The notes below the pieces were generated by a model, which was not told the origin of the DNA, made no database searches, and saw only the letters and a list, made by a program, of their open reading frames with translations. Of a stretch of 64,000 bases of DNA, positions 29,801-38,553 are shown one piece after another. The stretch's first letter is position 1; each line of letters begins with the position of its first letter. The DNA lies in IMG/VR virus record IMGVR_UViG_3300015370_000001, positions 1,104 to 65,103 of that record, one strand, 5' to 3'. A program made the position numbers and the translations under genes. This stretch comes from a virus. Taxonomy: Duplodnaviria > Caudoviricetes.

Positions 29801-29985
29801 CAGGGCCGATCCCTGTAGACGTGACCAACCAGGGCGCCTTGCTAACAGGAACCTGGATCGGAGTTGGAGCGGGTGCCAATCAGATCCCGGACCTGGCCCG
29901 GTATGCAAGGTGGTGGATTGAGCTGACAGCCAATGTCGCTGGAGACGCTGGTGTCACGCTTTCCATGTGCATGACGAAACCGTAG
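26887..29985 (+). CDS. Tail tip / baseplate hub protein with C-terminal carbohydrate-binding-like domain
   Basis: 1032 aa; hub-like N-terminal half (PVQVGDFVTL); the C-terminal NG…P.GW…AVKAGRYG segment resembles a CBM4/9 jelly roll. Confidence 0.7.
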   Translation: MLPTTSLAQRLLQTAGIRPTYVVHFGDEPGEFALNPNHIASFLYGPEPREQFAFAATPLLVLDPPGGIGQELDLLTGKFVSESMTVRLEDHPTIRSFLAANRLFRKDMVVWAGFDHDDWAYTDWMPVFRGVISGWRWTDALEVSARHIDGTHPPSQAYANIYSATIPTSTAAVITADTVTGDDYFSSVTPPLSLIEDLIAIANFPARFIDATTLSPAAHDDLSHLRVSAFNYWLANRRIGNTQEIWDAISEVAFLCRAFIRFDETGTLKLQRVSTLTPAVMEFGPDELVDDCYVVEMSEAEVVTSIQINTSRITEIETWDHLSGIPSNDTEFAVKLQMDDHAKKLDWGYSGLEAVSQRLQVDDNWFGAIGAHCLFAADPPWTTACTTMDIFPFPQDPLSEGTALTLDAANGVGWPGVGALVNGISAERPVYLALVEPVIGAMAIMKYEGAATLTIPGSGFCADLHMTGGSFVGGDATLTAALPLQFMVFDITAPYLLGKHLLEIYSESASKISCRTRPHTYPVQVGDFVTLDTSRYVDFGLTGDPGPTKFIVLRKSVDPSDLSIEWILQRTNLQVPTIDVNDATAINDISIGTSGGWSGSRYQTVAGQTGLADAGFVQHVPSTAGLLGPTMPAALTHTIEAGFYVIEKWSAYSPQFDHTYTANKDTWCYVGGGARQCSVSPAWTFIEVAKGAARPATPAGAFTVMRVRTSGTAITEVLDFRNKGLVDKRSLAASEQLGTWRLESMHPSTIDGLDLSVTGGSLTETLSAGIVHSNGKRARRPQDEIVTLTASRIAFFDADEDGVLAVTEVALGSDEPLLATDSTRVGVAITNGAGVTNWFKFPMERPCSSMALNPQAVRDGFAPNGLLDDYDVDTGKPMGWDWTQGANAVLSVVTSAVKAGRYGVEANIKSTATQSDIWSDVFPIATLGTYTLDVIYSTTGYVRGPYANIGWEFFDRYGVSLGTRFLVLTVASGPIPVDVTNQGALLTGTWIGVGAGANQIPDLARYARWWIELTANVAGDAGVTLSMCMTKP

Positions 29986-30008
29986 GGAATTTTTCCCAGA
30001 GGGCTGGG

Positions 30009-30026
30009 TATACTCCCATCAGGAGG
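30009..30026 (+). promoter_or_regulatory. Promoter and RBS of the lipoprotein moron (TATACT + CCCATCAGGAGG)
   Basis: TATACT at 30009-14; palindrome GGGAA-TTT-TTCCC at 29985-97 upstream. Confidence 0.5.
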
Positions 30027-30031
30027 ACCCC

Positions 30032-30580
30032 ATGAGACCCGACACGCTCATCGTTTTTCTGCTCGCCCTGCTCACCCTTTCCGGCTGCGAGACGGCAGCC
30101 ACGGACGCACAGGAGCCCTACGACGACGGGGATGTTTTGGGCCAGATCGCGGATTTGGAGTCCGTCGTGCTCGATCTCCAGGACAGGCTCGACGACCAGG
30201 AGGCGCAGCTACAGGCTCTCGACCTCACGGGCCCGGCCCTCTTTCAGCAGCATCTCGTCACGTCCGAAGACGTCGCTTGCACTCTGGAGTGGCCTGGATT
30301 CTCCTGGTCCGACTCTCCCACCTACGTGGATACGGGGATCTCCATGGGCCCCGACGACGTGCTGCTCGTGAGCTGGGACGACCTGTACAGGTACTTCGCC
30401 CCGGCTACAGTGGAGTACGTCTCTGGATGTAGCGACGTGAGCATCGAACCCAGCTACTACCACGACCCGCCAGACGCCCTCGTGATTGACGGTCAGATGA
30501 TGCTGCTGTCCGGCGATCCTGCGGACCCCGTGTGGTTCGACAACCCGACCGTCGCCATCGCGCATTCGACGCTGATCTAG
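30032..30580 (+). CDS. Lipoprotein (moron-like)
   Basis: MRPDTLIVFLLALLTLSG-C lipobox; coiled coil followed by an acidic domain. Confidence 0.75.
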   Translation: MRPDTLIVFLLALLTLSGCETAATDAQEPYDDGDVLGQIADLESVVLDLQDRLDDQEAQLQALDLTGPALFQQHLVTSEDVACTLEWPGFSWSDSPTYVDTGISMGPDDVLLVSWDDLYRYFAPATVEYVSGCSDVSIEPSYYHDPPDALVIDGQMMLLSGDPADPVWFDNPTVAIAHSTLI

Positions 30581-30613
30581 CCAATCCCCCGCGCCCCGTG
30601 CTACCGTGGGCGC

Positions 30614-31171
30614 ATGAAGACGCCGACACGCAAGAAACAGACCCCCCGCTGCTCCGTCGAGGGCTGCGAGAATCCGCGCTGGTTCCGCACGGGCGACCTC
30701 CAGATGTGCTCCTCGCACTTCAAGGAGCATCAGGCCGAGCAGCCCGTACAACATGATCCACCCGTCGCTGTTGCCCCGCCCTTGATCCATAAGGAGAACG
30801 TGCTGGAGACGCCGGCCGCTGCACCGCCGAGCGATCCAGAGGATGCGCCGTGGCTGCGCGTGGCCGACCTCGACAACATGACTCGGGCGTTGCGTGCCCT
30901 GCTCACGGACATCAGTGTCATCCTGGCCCGCGAGATCCGCGTGCGACCAGCCTATGCCAGGGCCGTGGAGATCCAGACGGGGAGCGATGCCGAGAGCGGG
31001 CGCCTATGGGCACTACTCACCCCCGGCTGCCCCCACCCCTTCGGGACGTTGGAGCGCAAGGGATCGCGCATCTTCATCGCCGCGCCGTTCATCCGCGAGG
31101 GCAAGACCATCTGGGGAGCCGTCAAGGACAACGGGGAACGCAGCACCATCAACCCGTGGCCAGGAGCGTAG
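30614..31171 (+). CDS. Hypothetical protein with an N-terminal Cys/His zinc-finger-like motif
   Basis: CSVEGC…C..H; start 6 nt after a TGCTACCGT box. Confidence 0.6.
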   Translation: MKTPTRKKQTPRCSVEGCENPRWFRTGDLQMCSSHFKEHQAEQPVQHDPPVAVAPPLIHKENVLETPAAAPPSDPEDAPWLRVADLDNMTRALRALLTDISVILAREIRVRPAYARAVEIQTGSDAESGRLWALLTPGCPHPFGTLERKGSRIFIAAPFIREGKTIWGAVKDNGERSTINPWPGA

Positions 31172-31174
31172 ATC

Positions 31175-31597
31175 ATGACGACCGGATACAGGCGAATCCC
31201 CGAGAGCATCCGCGAGGGAGACGGCACCGCAGACCGCCGCCTGTGGAGGCACACGGGAGCCGTGGGCGCTGGAGGTGGAGCCGCGGGAGCCGACGCCGAC
31301 GCCGCTCCCACGCTGCAGACCCAGGGCTACCTCATCACGGGCCAGCGCGTGATCGGGCTGTTCCTGAAGCAGGACATTAACGGTGGAGCGGCCCTGCTCA
31401 CCACGATCCGCCCCTGGTACTACTCGACCATCGACGGCCTGTGGCGTCAGGGCACGGACCGCGTGGGGCTCAACCAGGCCACGCAGGATATCATCATCGA
31501 GCTGGCCGGGGTGTACGACCGCGTTCAGTTCCAGGTGACGGTCAAGGGCGACCCGCTGCACATCCTCGACGCATGGTGCGTGGCCGCCGCGTACTAG
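31175..31597 (+). CDS. Putative minor virion protein
   Basis: 140-aa beta-rich ORF in a run of short virion-like genes. Confidence 0.55.
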   Translation: MTTGYRRIPESIREGDGTADRRLWRHTGAVGAGGGAAGADADAAPTLQTQGYLITGQRVIGLFLKQDINGGAALLTTIRPWYYSTIDGLWRQGTDRVGLNQATQDIIIELAGVYDRVQFQVTVKGDPLHILDAWCVAAAY

Positions 31598-31606
31598 GAG
31601 CCGTTC

Positions 31607-31894
31607 ATGGCAGACCCCCAGATTTTCGAGTTCATCGGGCAGACGGCGCAGAGCATCACCGCCCTGAACCTCACTGGATTCCCTGCCGCGGTGACCACGG
31701 TGGCCGACGCCCTGGAAGCCCTCGCGGCTGGCACCGCCGTGGCCGACCTCGACAGCGGGCTGGTCGCTGGAGACCCGAACGTGCTGGCCATCTCCGCGGC
31801 CATCTGGATCACGTACTACGACCGCCCGAACGACGATCTGTACCAGAACGTCTCCGACCCGTCGCCTGGTACGACGTGGAGGCTGCTCACTTAG
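31607..31894 (+). CDS. Putative minor virion protein
   Basis: AGGAG RBS; Ala/Thr-rich. Confidence 0.55.
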   Translation: MADPQIFEFIGQTAQSITALNLTGFPAAVTTVADALEALAAGTAVADLDSGLVAGDPNVLAISAAIWITYYDRPNDDLYQNVSDPSPGTTWRLLT

Positions 31895-31970
31895 GACTTG
31901 CGCGCGCTACGGGATGGCGTGCTATTGTGACGTCACAACCCCACCGAGCCGACACGCTTGGAAGTGAAGG

Positions 31971-32357
31971 GTGGCTACAGGAAGAGAGATCGACAGGGTC
32001 CAGAAGATGCGGCTGCGAGACCCCCGGGTCCTTTCCGCTGTTGCAGCCCGCGCCGAAGTCACGCACGCCATGGGCTCCGAGTTCCAGACGCGCGTGACCG
32101 AGATCATCCTGCACAACACCTCGGCCGGTGCCATCGTCGTGGACATCTGGCTGGTCCCCGCTGCCGCGGGCGCCGTGGGTGTGCCTGTGGATGCCAACAA
32201 GATCGCCAGTCAGTCCATCCCCGTCGATGACACCTACGTCATCAACGAGCAGGTGATCGGCAATCTCGGCCTGATCCTCATCGCGGACAACGACACGGTC
32301 CAGATGCTGGCCGACGCAGCTGGCGTGACCGTGGTCTGCAACGGCTACCTGGAGTAG
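31971..32357 (+). CDS. Putative minor virion protein (beta-sandwich)
   Basis: VTEIILHNTSAGAIVVDIWLVP…SIPVDDT…DTVQMLA pattern typical of small phage structural proteins. Confidence 0.6.
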   Translation: MATGREIDRVQKMRLRDPRVLSAVAARAEVTHAMGSEFQTRVTEIILHNTSAGAIVVDIWLVPAAAGAVGVPVDANKIASQSIPVDDTYVINEQVIGNLGLILIADNDTVQMLADAAGVTVVCNGYLE

Positions 32358-32368
32358 GGAGGTGGGTC

Positions 32369-32638
32369 ATGGGCTTCCTCCGAAACGAGCAGGCATCCGT
32401 TCACGCGCTGAATCCGGCTGAGGATTCGGCCTTCGACGAGGTCCTCATCACGGGTGACTACGATGAGGCGTCCATCGCGACCGGCCTGCTGATCATCAAG
32501 CGGGCCACCACTGCCGAACTGCTGGCCGTGGTCCCGGCAACGGGTCTCGCGCTCGGAGTCTCTGGTGCTGGCACCACCAACGCCAACACGGTCTACCTGT
32601 ACCGTGCGGGCGCCTGGGTCGCGTTCATCGGCACCTAG
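32369..32638 (+). CDS. Putative minor virion protein
   Basis: GGAGG RBS; ends VYLYRAGAWV. Confidence 0.55.
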   Translation: MGFLRNEQASVHALNPAEDSAFDEVLITGDYDEASIATGLLIIKRATTAELLAVVPATGLALGVSGAGTTNANTVYLYRAGAWVAFIGT

Positions 32639-32737
32639 TCCGCCTAGCCTCTGACACGGCGCCACGCCACCACTGTCTAAGCGAGTCGCCTAATCCAGCC
32701 GCTTGATTCCTAAATCCGCCGCTGCTACGCTCGCCCC

Positions 32738-32917
32738 GTGGACCTACTCACCGAGACCGAAGTCGCCAAGATCCTACGCGTGACCGAGCGCACACTGCGC
32801 GCGTGGAGAGCCATCGGCACTGGCCCCCCGTTCCTCAGGCTGGGGACCGGGCCACGTGCCCCCGTGCGCTATCGACGACAGGCCCTGATGGACTGGGCCA
32901 GGAAGCAGGAGGGCTGA
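32738..32917 (+). CDS. Excisionase-like HTH_17 protein (59 aa; not in the ORF track)
   Basis: VDLLTETEVAKILRVTERTLRAWRAIGTGPPFLRLG…VRYRRQALMDW; preceded by TTGATT-17 bp-TACGCT. Confidence 0.85.
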   Translation: MDLLTETEVAKILRVTERTLRAWRAIGTGPPFLRLGTGPRAPVRYRRQALMDWARKQEG

Positions 32918-32919
32918 CC

Positions 32920-33225
32920 ATGTGCCCGTACGAATACGATAATGTTGGCGACATGATGGTGATCGCCAGGAAGATCGAGACCATCTTTGCCTACAGCGCG
33001 GTTGGCTCAAATGCCCACAACGTCATCTCGGATCTCAACCTGGACGACGACAACATCCGATGGTGCCTGGACACGGCGATTGTCGAGAACATCCACGAAG
33101 CGAATCCATCCCAACTGAGCCTTGAACGCGATGTGCTGGCGTCCCTGCTGAGGCTGGACATGGACCAACGATGGTACGTTTTCCGCATCGTCGAAACGCT
33201 TACCAATTTCAGGACGGAGACCTGA
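32920..33225 (+). CDS. Hypothetical protein
   Basis: GGAGG RBS; TGATG coupling to the glycosyltransferase gene. Confidence 0.6.
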   Translation: MCPYEYDNVGDMMVIARKIETIFAYSAVGSNAHNVISDLNLDDDNIRWCLDTAIVENIHEANPSQLSLERDVLASLLRLDMDQRWYVFRIVETLTNFRTET

Positions 33226-35369
33226 TGCGCTGGCTCATCGCCGGGGACTTTGCGTGGACAGACGGGGCCGTGGCCGTGGGTGCCGACATGGCGAACCTGC
33301 TGGCTTCACATGGCCACGAGGTGCGCCTGCACTTCCTGATGGGCCAGTCCGGCGGGCTTCGCTCCAGGGTGAAGCGTGGGGTGCGTGTGACGGGTCACGA
33401 GGACATGCGCGAGTCGCTTCCTCAGCTGCTGTCGATCCTCACAGGGTGGAAGCCCGACGTGATGATCTGCAACCACTCGGCGCCGTCCCTGATGATTGCC
33501 CAGCAGTTCCGCTCGCACATCGGGCGCCTCGGAGTAGTGGTCCACGCGCCCATCGAAAAATACGCCCCGATGCTGGCCTCCGATGTCCAGCCCGTGGTCG
33601 ATACCTACTTCGGGGTCAGCGAGGAGGTCTGCGAGTGGATGCGCCTGCATGGAATCCACGAGAGCAAGATCGTGCACCTCCCCAACCTCGTGGACTGCGA
33701 GCACTACCACGCGACTGAGCCCAACCGATCCAGGATGTTCAGGGCGCTCCCAGACGGATCGGTCCCCCTGCTGTGCGTGGGGCGCATGAGTCACGAGAAG
33801 GCGCCGAACCACATGGTCAAGGCCTACGCTGCCGCGCGCCGGACGGGCTCCCTGGTCCAGTTGGTGATCGTCGGTGGGCCCGACGCCAGTGCTTCCGGCG
33901 CTGGAATCGAGAACACCCGCGAGCGCGAGCGCGTGGAGACCGAGCGCGTGGATGAGCAGATCGCCTATGCACTGGGCGATGGCCTGCCTCCGGTGCTGTG
34001 GACCCGTACGATGATCCCCAACGTGGTCCCCTGGTACAGGACGGCCGCGCGCTTGGGCGGGGCCCTGGTGCTCGCCTCGAAGTTCGAGGGGCTGCCCCTG
34101 GTCGCCCTCGAGGCCATGGCTTGCGGGCTACCCGTGATCCTCCCCGACATCGGCGGCTGCCCCGACCTCGTGCAGATGATGCGCCTGGAGTCGGGAGGCA
34201 TGGCCAAGTCTGGGATGCTGTATCACCACCGACGCCCGGGCACCGTACCCTCCCTCGACGACGTGGTGGAGGCCGTGCGCTCGTTCGCTGCGTTCCCCCT
34301 CTCCGCCCGCAAGCGCATGGGGGAGGCTGCTCGCCAGCTCGTGGTCAGCACCTATTCCACCCAGGCCAAGGGAGAGGCCTACATCGATACCATGGTCCGG
34401 GGGCTGGAAGCGGGCTCACAGGTCCAGGCTGGCGTCCACGTTGGCATGCGGTCCATGGGCGAGAAGGTACTGGTGACGGGCGGGTGCGGGTTCATCGGCT
34501 CGACGCTCACCAGGGCCCTGACCCAGCGCGGCTACCACGTCCACATCCTCGACGACCTCAGCACGGGCGACGCCGACAACGTCAAGGATCTCAAGGGCCA
34601 GGTGACCCTGTACCCCGGCTGCATCACCGACCGCGCGGCCGTCGAAGGGGCCATGAAGGGATGCCTCGGGGTGTTCCACCTAGCAGCCATGGTCTCGGTA
34701 CAGAAGTCGCTACAGGACCCCCAGCGAGCGCATCGCATCAACGTGGGCGGGACTCGCACCGTGCTGGATGCAGCCGGCGACCGCCGGGTGGTGTTCGCTT
34801 CGAGCTCGGCCATCTACGCAGGCGTGGACCCACCGCAGCGCGAGGTAGACGAGGAGCGGTCGTGGCAGTTGTCCCCCTACGCCGTGTCCAAGATGGAGGG
34901 CGACCGCATGGTGCGCGAGGCCGGCGGTGTGGCCATGCGCTTCTTCAACGTGTACGGGCCGAGGCAACGCGACGACTCGCCCTACACCGGGGTTGTGGCC
35001 CTGTTCAGTCGGGCCCTGCTCGACGACGGCGTGGTCACGATCTGCGGCGACGGCCTGCAGTCCAGGGGCTTCGTGTTCGTGGGTGACGTGGTCAAGGCGC
35101 TGCTTCTGGCCATGAGCACACCCGCCGCTGGAGGCGAGGCGTTCAACGTCGGAAGCCTACAGGCGACCACCGTGTGGGACCTGTACTCCACGCTGGCCGA
35201 GCTGGTCCCCGAGACCCAGGCGACCGTGGAGATGGTGGACGCACGCAAGGGCGAGATTCGCCACTCAGGAGCCGTTATCGACAAGGCCAAGGATGTACTC
35301 GGGTGGCAGCCTCGGATCGCCCTAAGGGACGGCCTGAGGCAGACGCTGGCATGGTACAGGAGGGGATGA
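33225..35369 (+). CDS. Fusion of a GT4 glycosyltransferase and an NAD-dependent UDP-sugar 4-epimerase/dehydratase
   Basis: GT-B: SKFEGLPLVALEAMACGLPVI (Ex7E). SDR: VLVTGGCGFIGS, FHLAA, FASSSAIY, PYAVSK (YxxxK), RFFNVYGPRQ. Confidence 0.93.
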   Translation: MRWLIAGDFAWTDGAVAVGADMANLLASHGHEVRLHFLMGQSGGLRSRVKRGVRVTGHEDMRESLPQLLSILTGWKPDVMICNHSAPSLMIAQQFRSHIGRLGVVVHAPIEKYAPMLASDVQPVVDTYFGVSEEVCEWMRLHGIHESKIVHLPNLVDCEHYHATEPNRSRMFRALPDGSVPLLCVGRMSHEKAPNHMVKAYAAARRTGSLVQLVIVGGPDASASGAGIENTRERERVETERVDEQIAYALGDGLPPVLWTRTMIPNVVPWYRTAARLGGALVLASKFEGLPLVALEAMACGLPVILPDIGGCPDLVQMMRLESGGMAKSGMLYHHRRPGTVPSLDDVVEAVRSFAAFPLSARKRMGEAARQLVVSTYSTQAKGEAYIDTMVRGLEAGSQVQAGVHVGMRSMGEKVLVTGGCGFIGSTLTRALTQRGYHVHILDDLSTGDADNVKDLKGQVTLYPGCITDRAAVEGAMKGCLGVFHLAAMVSVQKSLQDPQRAHRINVGGTRTVLDAAGDRRVVFASSSAIYAGVDPPQREVDEERSWQLSPYAVSKMEGDRMVREAGGVAMRFFNVYGPRQRDDSPYTGVVALFSRALLDDGVVTICGDGLQSRGFVFVGDVVKALLLAMSTPAAGGEAFNVGSLQATTVWDLYSTLAELVPETQATVEMVDARKGEIRHSGAVIDKAKDVLGWQPRIALRDGLRQTLAWYRRG

Positions 35370-35713
35370 TGGAGAAACCGAAGTGGGGGACGTGCGGGAC
35401 GTGCCGGTGGTATAGGCTGGACGAAGTGGAGTCAGACTCCAGAGGCGGCCCTGTTGTCGTATGCCTGCGCTATTCGCCAGTGGTAGAGACGACAGTGTTC
35501 CATACCTGCGGCGAGTGGGAGCCGCCAGAGGGCAGGGTGTGCGGGAATTGTGAGAAATGGATGGGCTTTCAGGACACCATCGGACGACGGCACTATCCAA
35601 CGGGGGGCGGGTCTTGCGATGCGAACGGAGATCCTAGAGCAGACAAGATGAAGCTCACGTACCACACCTGCCCCGCATGGCGCTGGCGCGGATCGGAGTC
35701 CTCATGCGAATAG
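35366..35713 (+). CDS. Cys-rich hypothetical protein with two internal repeats
   Basis: CGTCRWY…C…CGEW and CGNCEKW…C…CPAW. Confidence 0.6.
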   Translation: MMEKPKWGTCGTCRWYRLDEVESDSRGGPVVVCLRYSPVVETTVFHTCGEWEPPEGRVCGNCEKWMGFQDTIGRRHYPTGGGSCDANGDPRADKMKLTYHTCPAWRWRGSESSCE

Positions 35714-36777
35714 CCTTCGTCTGCACCCAGCCCCCGGGCTACGGTGGTGCCGCAACGTCCAGCTACGAGGCCATCAAACACCTACGCGCACTAGGTGCCG
35801 ACGTCACCGGCTACTTCATCGACCACTGCGGGCGCGAGGGCTGCGACCACGGCAAGGGGCTGGCCTTCGACCCCCTCAGCGACTGGCACGACCCGGAAGG
35901 CATCGGGGGGATCGTCAAGCTGGCGCGGTGTGAGGCTGGCAAGCGGGGCGCCCTGGATGGCGACTACGACATCGCGGTGGGCAAGAACTACGGCGCCGCG
36001 ATCCTGATGCGCCTGCGCCAGGACATCCCCACGGTGTACCTCACCAGCGGGCTGGGCTTCCTCTCCAAGATCGACGAGCCGTACACCGAGATCGACCGGC
36101 CGTTCCCCGACAACTCCCCGGACATCCATGCGCTGAAAGCCGTGTCCCACGTCATCGTCCATAGCTCGCTGATCCTCGACTACTACCGCCGGCACCTCCC
36201 GCCCGACCTGCTGGCCAAGGTTGTCGGTGGCGTGGTGCCGACGCCTGACATGGCCGTCCCCGCCAACCTCCCAGAGCCCATCCCGTATCTGGATCGCCGT
36301 TTCGACGTGGCGCTGCTGTCGTCGTCGTGGAAGCGGCCCGTGAAGAACGGGCGCCTGGCCAAGTACGTCAGCTTGCGCGTGGGGGCCACTGGCGGGCGCG
36401 TGGTGGCCATCGGGAACGAATGGGGGATGCCAAGCTCGCACGAGACAGCGATGGGCCTGGTGAGCCACGAGGTGGCTCTGATGGCCGTGGCTGGCTCCCG
36501 CGTCGTCGTGATCCCCTCGCTGCTGGACGCGAGCCCCGGGGTGTACACCGAGGCCATCGCCCTGGGCTGCAACGTGGTGGCGTCGCCGAACATCGGGAAC
36601 ACATGGGGCCACCCGGCCGAGACGTTCGCGCCGTCGGTGGAGATGGGCCCGTTCGCCGCCACCGTGCTGCGGGCCTGCAAGCTGGATCGCCAGATGGGCT
36701 ACCGAGAGATCAACCCCCCGGCCGTCGCCAGGCAGTTGCTGGAGAGGCTTGGGGATATCGTGAGGCGAGGCCGATGA
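35704..36777 (+). CDS. GT-B (GT4-like) glycosyltransferase
   Basis: MRIAFVCTQPPGYGGAATS…; PSLLDASPGVYTEAIALGCNVVAS (Dx7E). Confidence 0.82.
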   Translation: MRIAFVCTQPPGYGGAATSSYEAIKHLRALGADVTGYFIDHCGREGCDHGKGLAFDPLSDWHDPEGIGGIVKLARCEAGKRGALDGDYDIAVGKNYGAAILMRLRQDIPTVYLTSGLGFLSKIDEPYTEIDRPFPDNSPDIHALKAVSHVIVHSSLILDYYRRHLPPDLLAKVVGGVVPTPDMAVPANLPEPIPYLDRRFDVALLSSSWKRPVKNGRLAKYVSLRVGATGGRVVAIGNEWGMPSSHETAMGLVSHEVALMAVAGSRVVVIPSLLDASPGVYTEAIALGCNVVASPNIGNTWGHPAETFAPSVEMGPFAATVLRACKLDRQMGYREINPPAVARQLLERLGDIVRRGR

Positions 36778-37883
36778 AGATCCTACTCATCCACCGCGGC
36801 AACCTCACGCCCATCCTCGACGACGATGGACTCGGCATCCCCGCCGCCCTGTCGTCTCGCGGAACCTCCCACGCGGGCGAGGTCAACGCGCTACTGGTGT
36901 CGCACTGGCTCCAGGAGGACCACGGCCACGAGGTGCACTGGTACTCCGAGCGCGAGCCTGGAGACCACAAGTGGCTGCTACACCCCGTGGGCCCGTCCGT
37001 GGACCTCGACGCCTACGACCTGGTCCTCATGTGGAAGATCGTGGGGGCGAAGCTGGCCTCGAGCAGCGGCGTCCTGGAGCGTATCGACGGGCAGAAGCTG
37101 GCCACGTGGTACGACGCTGGCGGGCTGGAACGCCTGCTGACCCCTGATCAGCGGGCCAAGGTCACACACGTCGTGTGGGGCACTCCCGAACTCATGGAGG
37201 TCGAGGAGTACAAGTGGCCCGGCGTGCACCACGCCGTCGCCGAGCATGCCTGCAACTTCCTGGGCACGCCGACCCCCGTGGTCACCACGACCCGGGGCGT
37301 GTATTTCGGGCGCCTCCCCCTCCCCTACCTGAACGCCGTGCGTGAGTGCTCGCAGCACAGCCCCATGGACGTGTTCGGGCTGTGGGCACCTACGGGCGAC
37401 CTCGACACGTACCCCAAGGGCAAGATCCCACTGCGCCCCAAGTGCACGGACGACGACGTGGCCAGGGCCAGAGCTGTGGTCGAGACCGACTCCATCGCCC
37501 TGTACCCCGCGATCAACATCGGAGCCCAGCACGACGCCCTGTCCGGCTACCTGTTCGGGCTGTGTCCATCGACGCGTGGGCGTCCCCGGCAGATCCTCAG
37601 CGCGTCCAAGTTCTGGGACATCGCGGGGCTCGGCTTGCCTGTGCTGCTGTCGTCGAACACCCCAGAGGCCCGCACCATGCGAGCGGCGCCCCTGTGGCTC
37701 GGCGAGATATACGAACCCGGCGACTTCGGCAGCATGCGCCAGGGAGTCGCGAGCATCCGCGACCACGCGAACATGGATAGGCGCCAGGACTTCCACGCAG
37801 AGCGGCTCGCCATCCGCGACTGGATACAGGCCAACCACACCTATCGCCACCGAGCGACGGAGATCCACCATGCCCTCTCGTGA
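36774..37883 (+). CDS. Glycosyltransferase (Glyco_trans_1_2 / CgeB-like)
   Basis: VYFGRL, KFWDIAGLGLPVLL, C-terminal ANHTYRHRATEI (HT.xxRA motif). Confidence 0.72.
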   Translation: MKILLIHRGNLTPILDDDGLGIPAALSSRGTSHAGEVNALLVSHWLQEDHGHEVHWYSEREPGDHKWLLHPVGPSVDLDAYDLVLMWKIVGAKLASSSGVLERIDGQKLATWYDAGGLERLLTPDQRAKVTHVVWGTPELMEVEEYKWPGVHHAVAEHACNFLGTPTPVVTTTRGVYFGRLPLPYLNAVRECSQHSPMDVFGLWAPTGDLDTYPKGKIPLRPKCTDDDVARARAVVETDSIALYPAINIGAQHDALSGYLFGLCPSTRGRPRQILSASKFWDIAGLGLPVLLSSNTPEARTMRAAPLWLGEIYEPGDFGSMRQGVASIRDHANMDRRQDFHAERLAIRDWIQANHTYRHRATEIHHALS

Positions 37884-38553
37884 CGTCCAGGACGCCCGCA
37901 GACAACTGATCCGTATCACCCCAACGCCGGCCTACCGCAATGCGGCCGAGGATCTGAGCAGGGAGCTGCCGAAGAAGAGGACCTACTGGGAACGCCGGCA
38001 CGGCCTGACCAAGATGGCCGAGTACATCACAGCGTCTCTGCGCGAACTCGACGGCGGGACGCGCCCGTTCGGATTCGATCCACCCCTGGACATCCTCGAG
38101 GTCGGCCCAGGCGTGGGGATGTGGATGGAGTACGTGAGGGAGCTTGGGCACGAGGTCGAGGGGATCGATGCTCCACCGGCCAATGCGCGCATGCAGATAT
38201 TCGAGGAGATGACGACGGAGGCCGGCCTGTCCGTGGCCTACATCGGTTTCGAGTCCGTGATGGACGTGATCCATGACGGTGGTGACATCGGACACCGATC
38301 CGGGTGCTACCACATGATCCACTTTCGCGGGTCCTTCGACGCTGTGGTAGGCAAGTTCACGGACGAAGTGCGGGAGATGAGGACGCGCCGAATCGCCGAA
38401 GCGTGCGTAGCCATGCTCAAGCCCGGAGGCCTCGTACACGTCTGCCACAACCGCAACGGGATGATGGAGTCCGTCATCGAGACGCTGCGCGGATTCAAGG
38501 GCCTCAAGTTCGAGCAGCTGGATGATCAGACCACGAGGCACTGGAAGGCATGA
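37870..38553 (+). CDS. Class I SAM-dependent methyltransferase
   Basis: LDILEVGPGVG…EVEGID…MLKPGGLV. Confidence 0.85.
   Translation: MPSRDVQDARRQLIRITPTPAYRNAAEDLSRELPKKRTYWERRHGLTKMAEYITASLRELDGGTRPFGFDPPLDILEVGPGVGMWMEYVRELGHEVEGIDAPPANARMQIFEEMTTEAGLSVAYIGFESVMDVIHDGGDIGHRSGCYHMIHFRGSFDAVVGKFTDEVREMRTRRIAEACVAMLKPGGLVHVCHNRNGMMESVIETLRGFKGLKFEQLDDQTTRHWKA

Noticed and set aside
26887-29985. Diversity-generating retroelement target in the tail tip gene
   Set aside because: No reverse transcriptase and no adenine-variant TR/VR repeat pair was noticed in the window.
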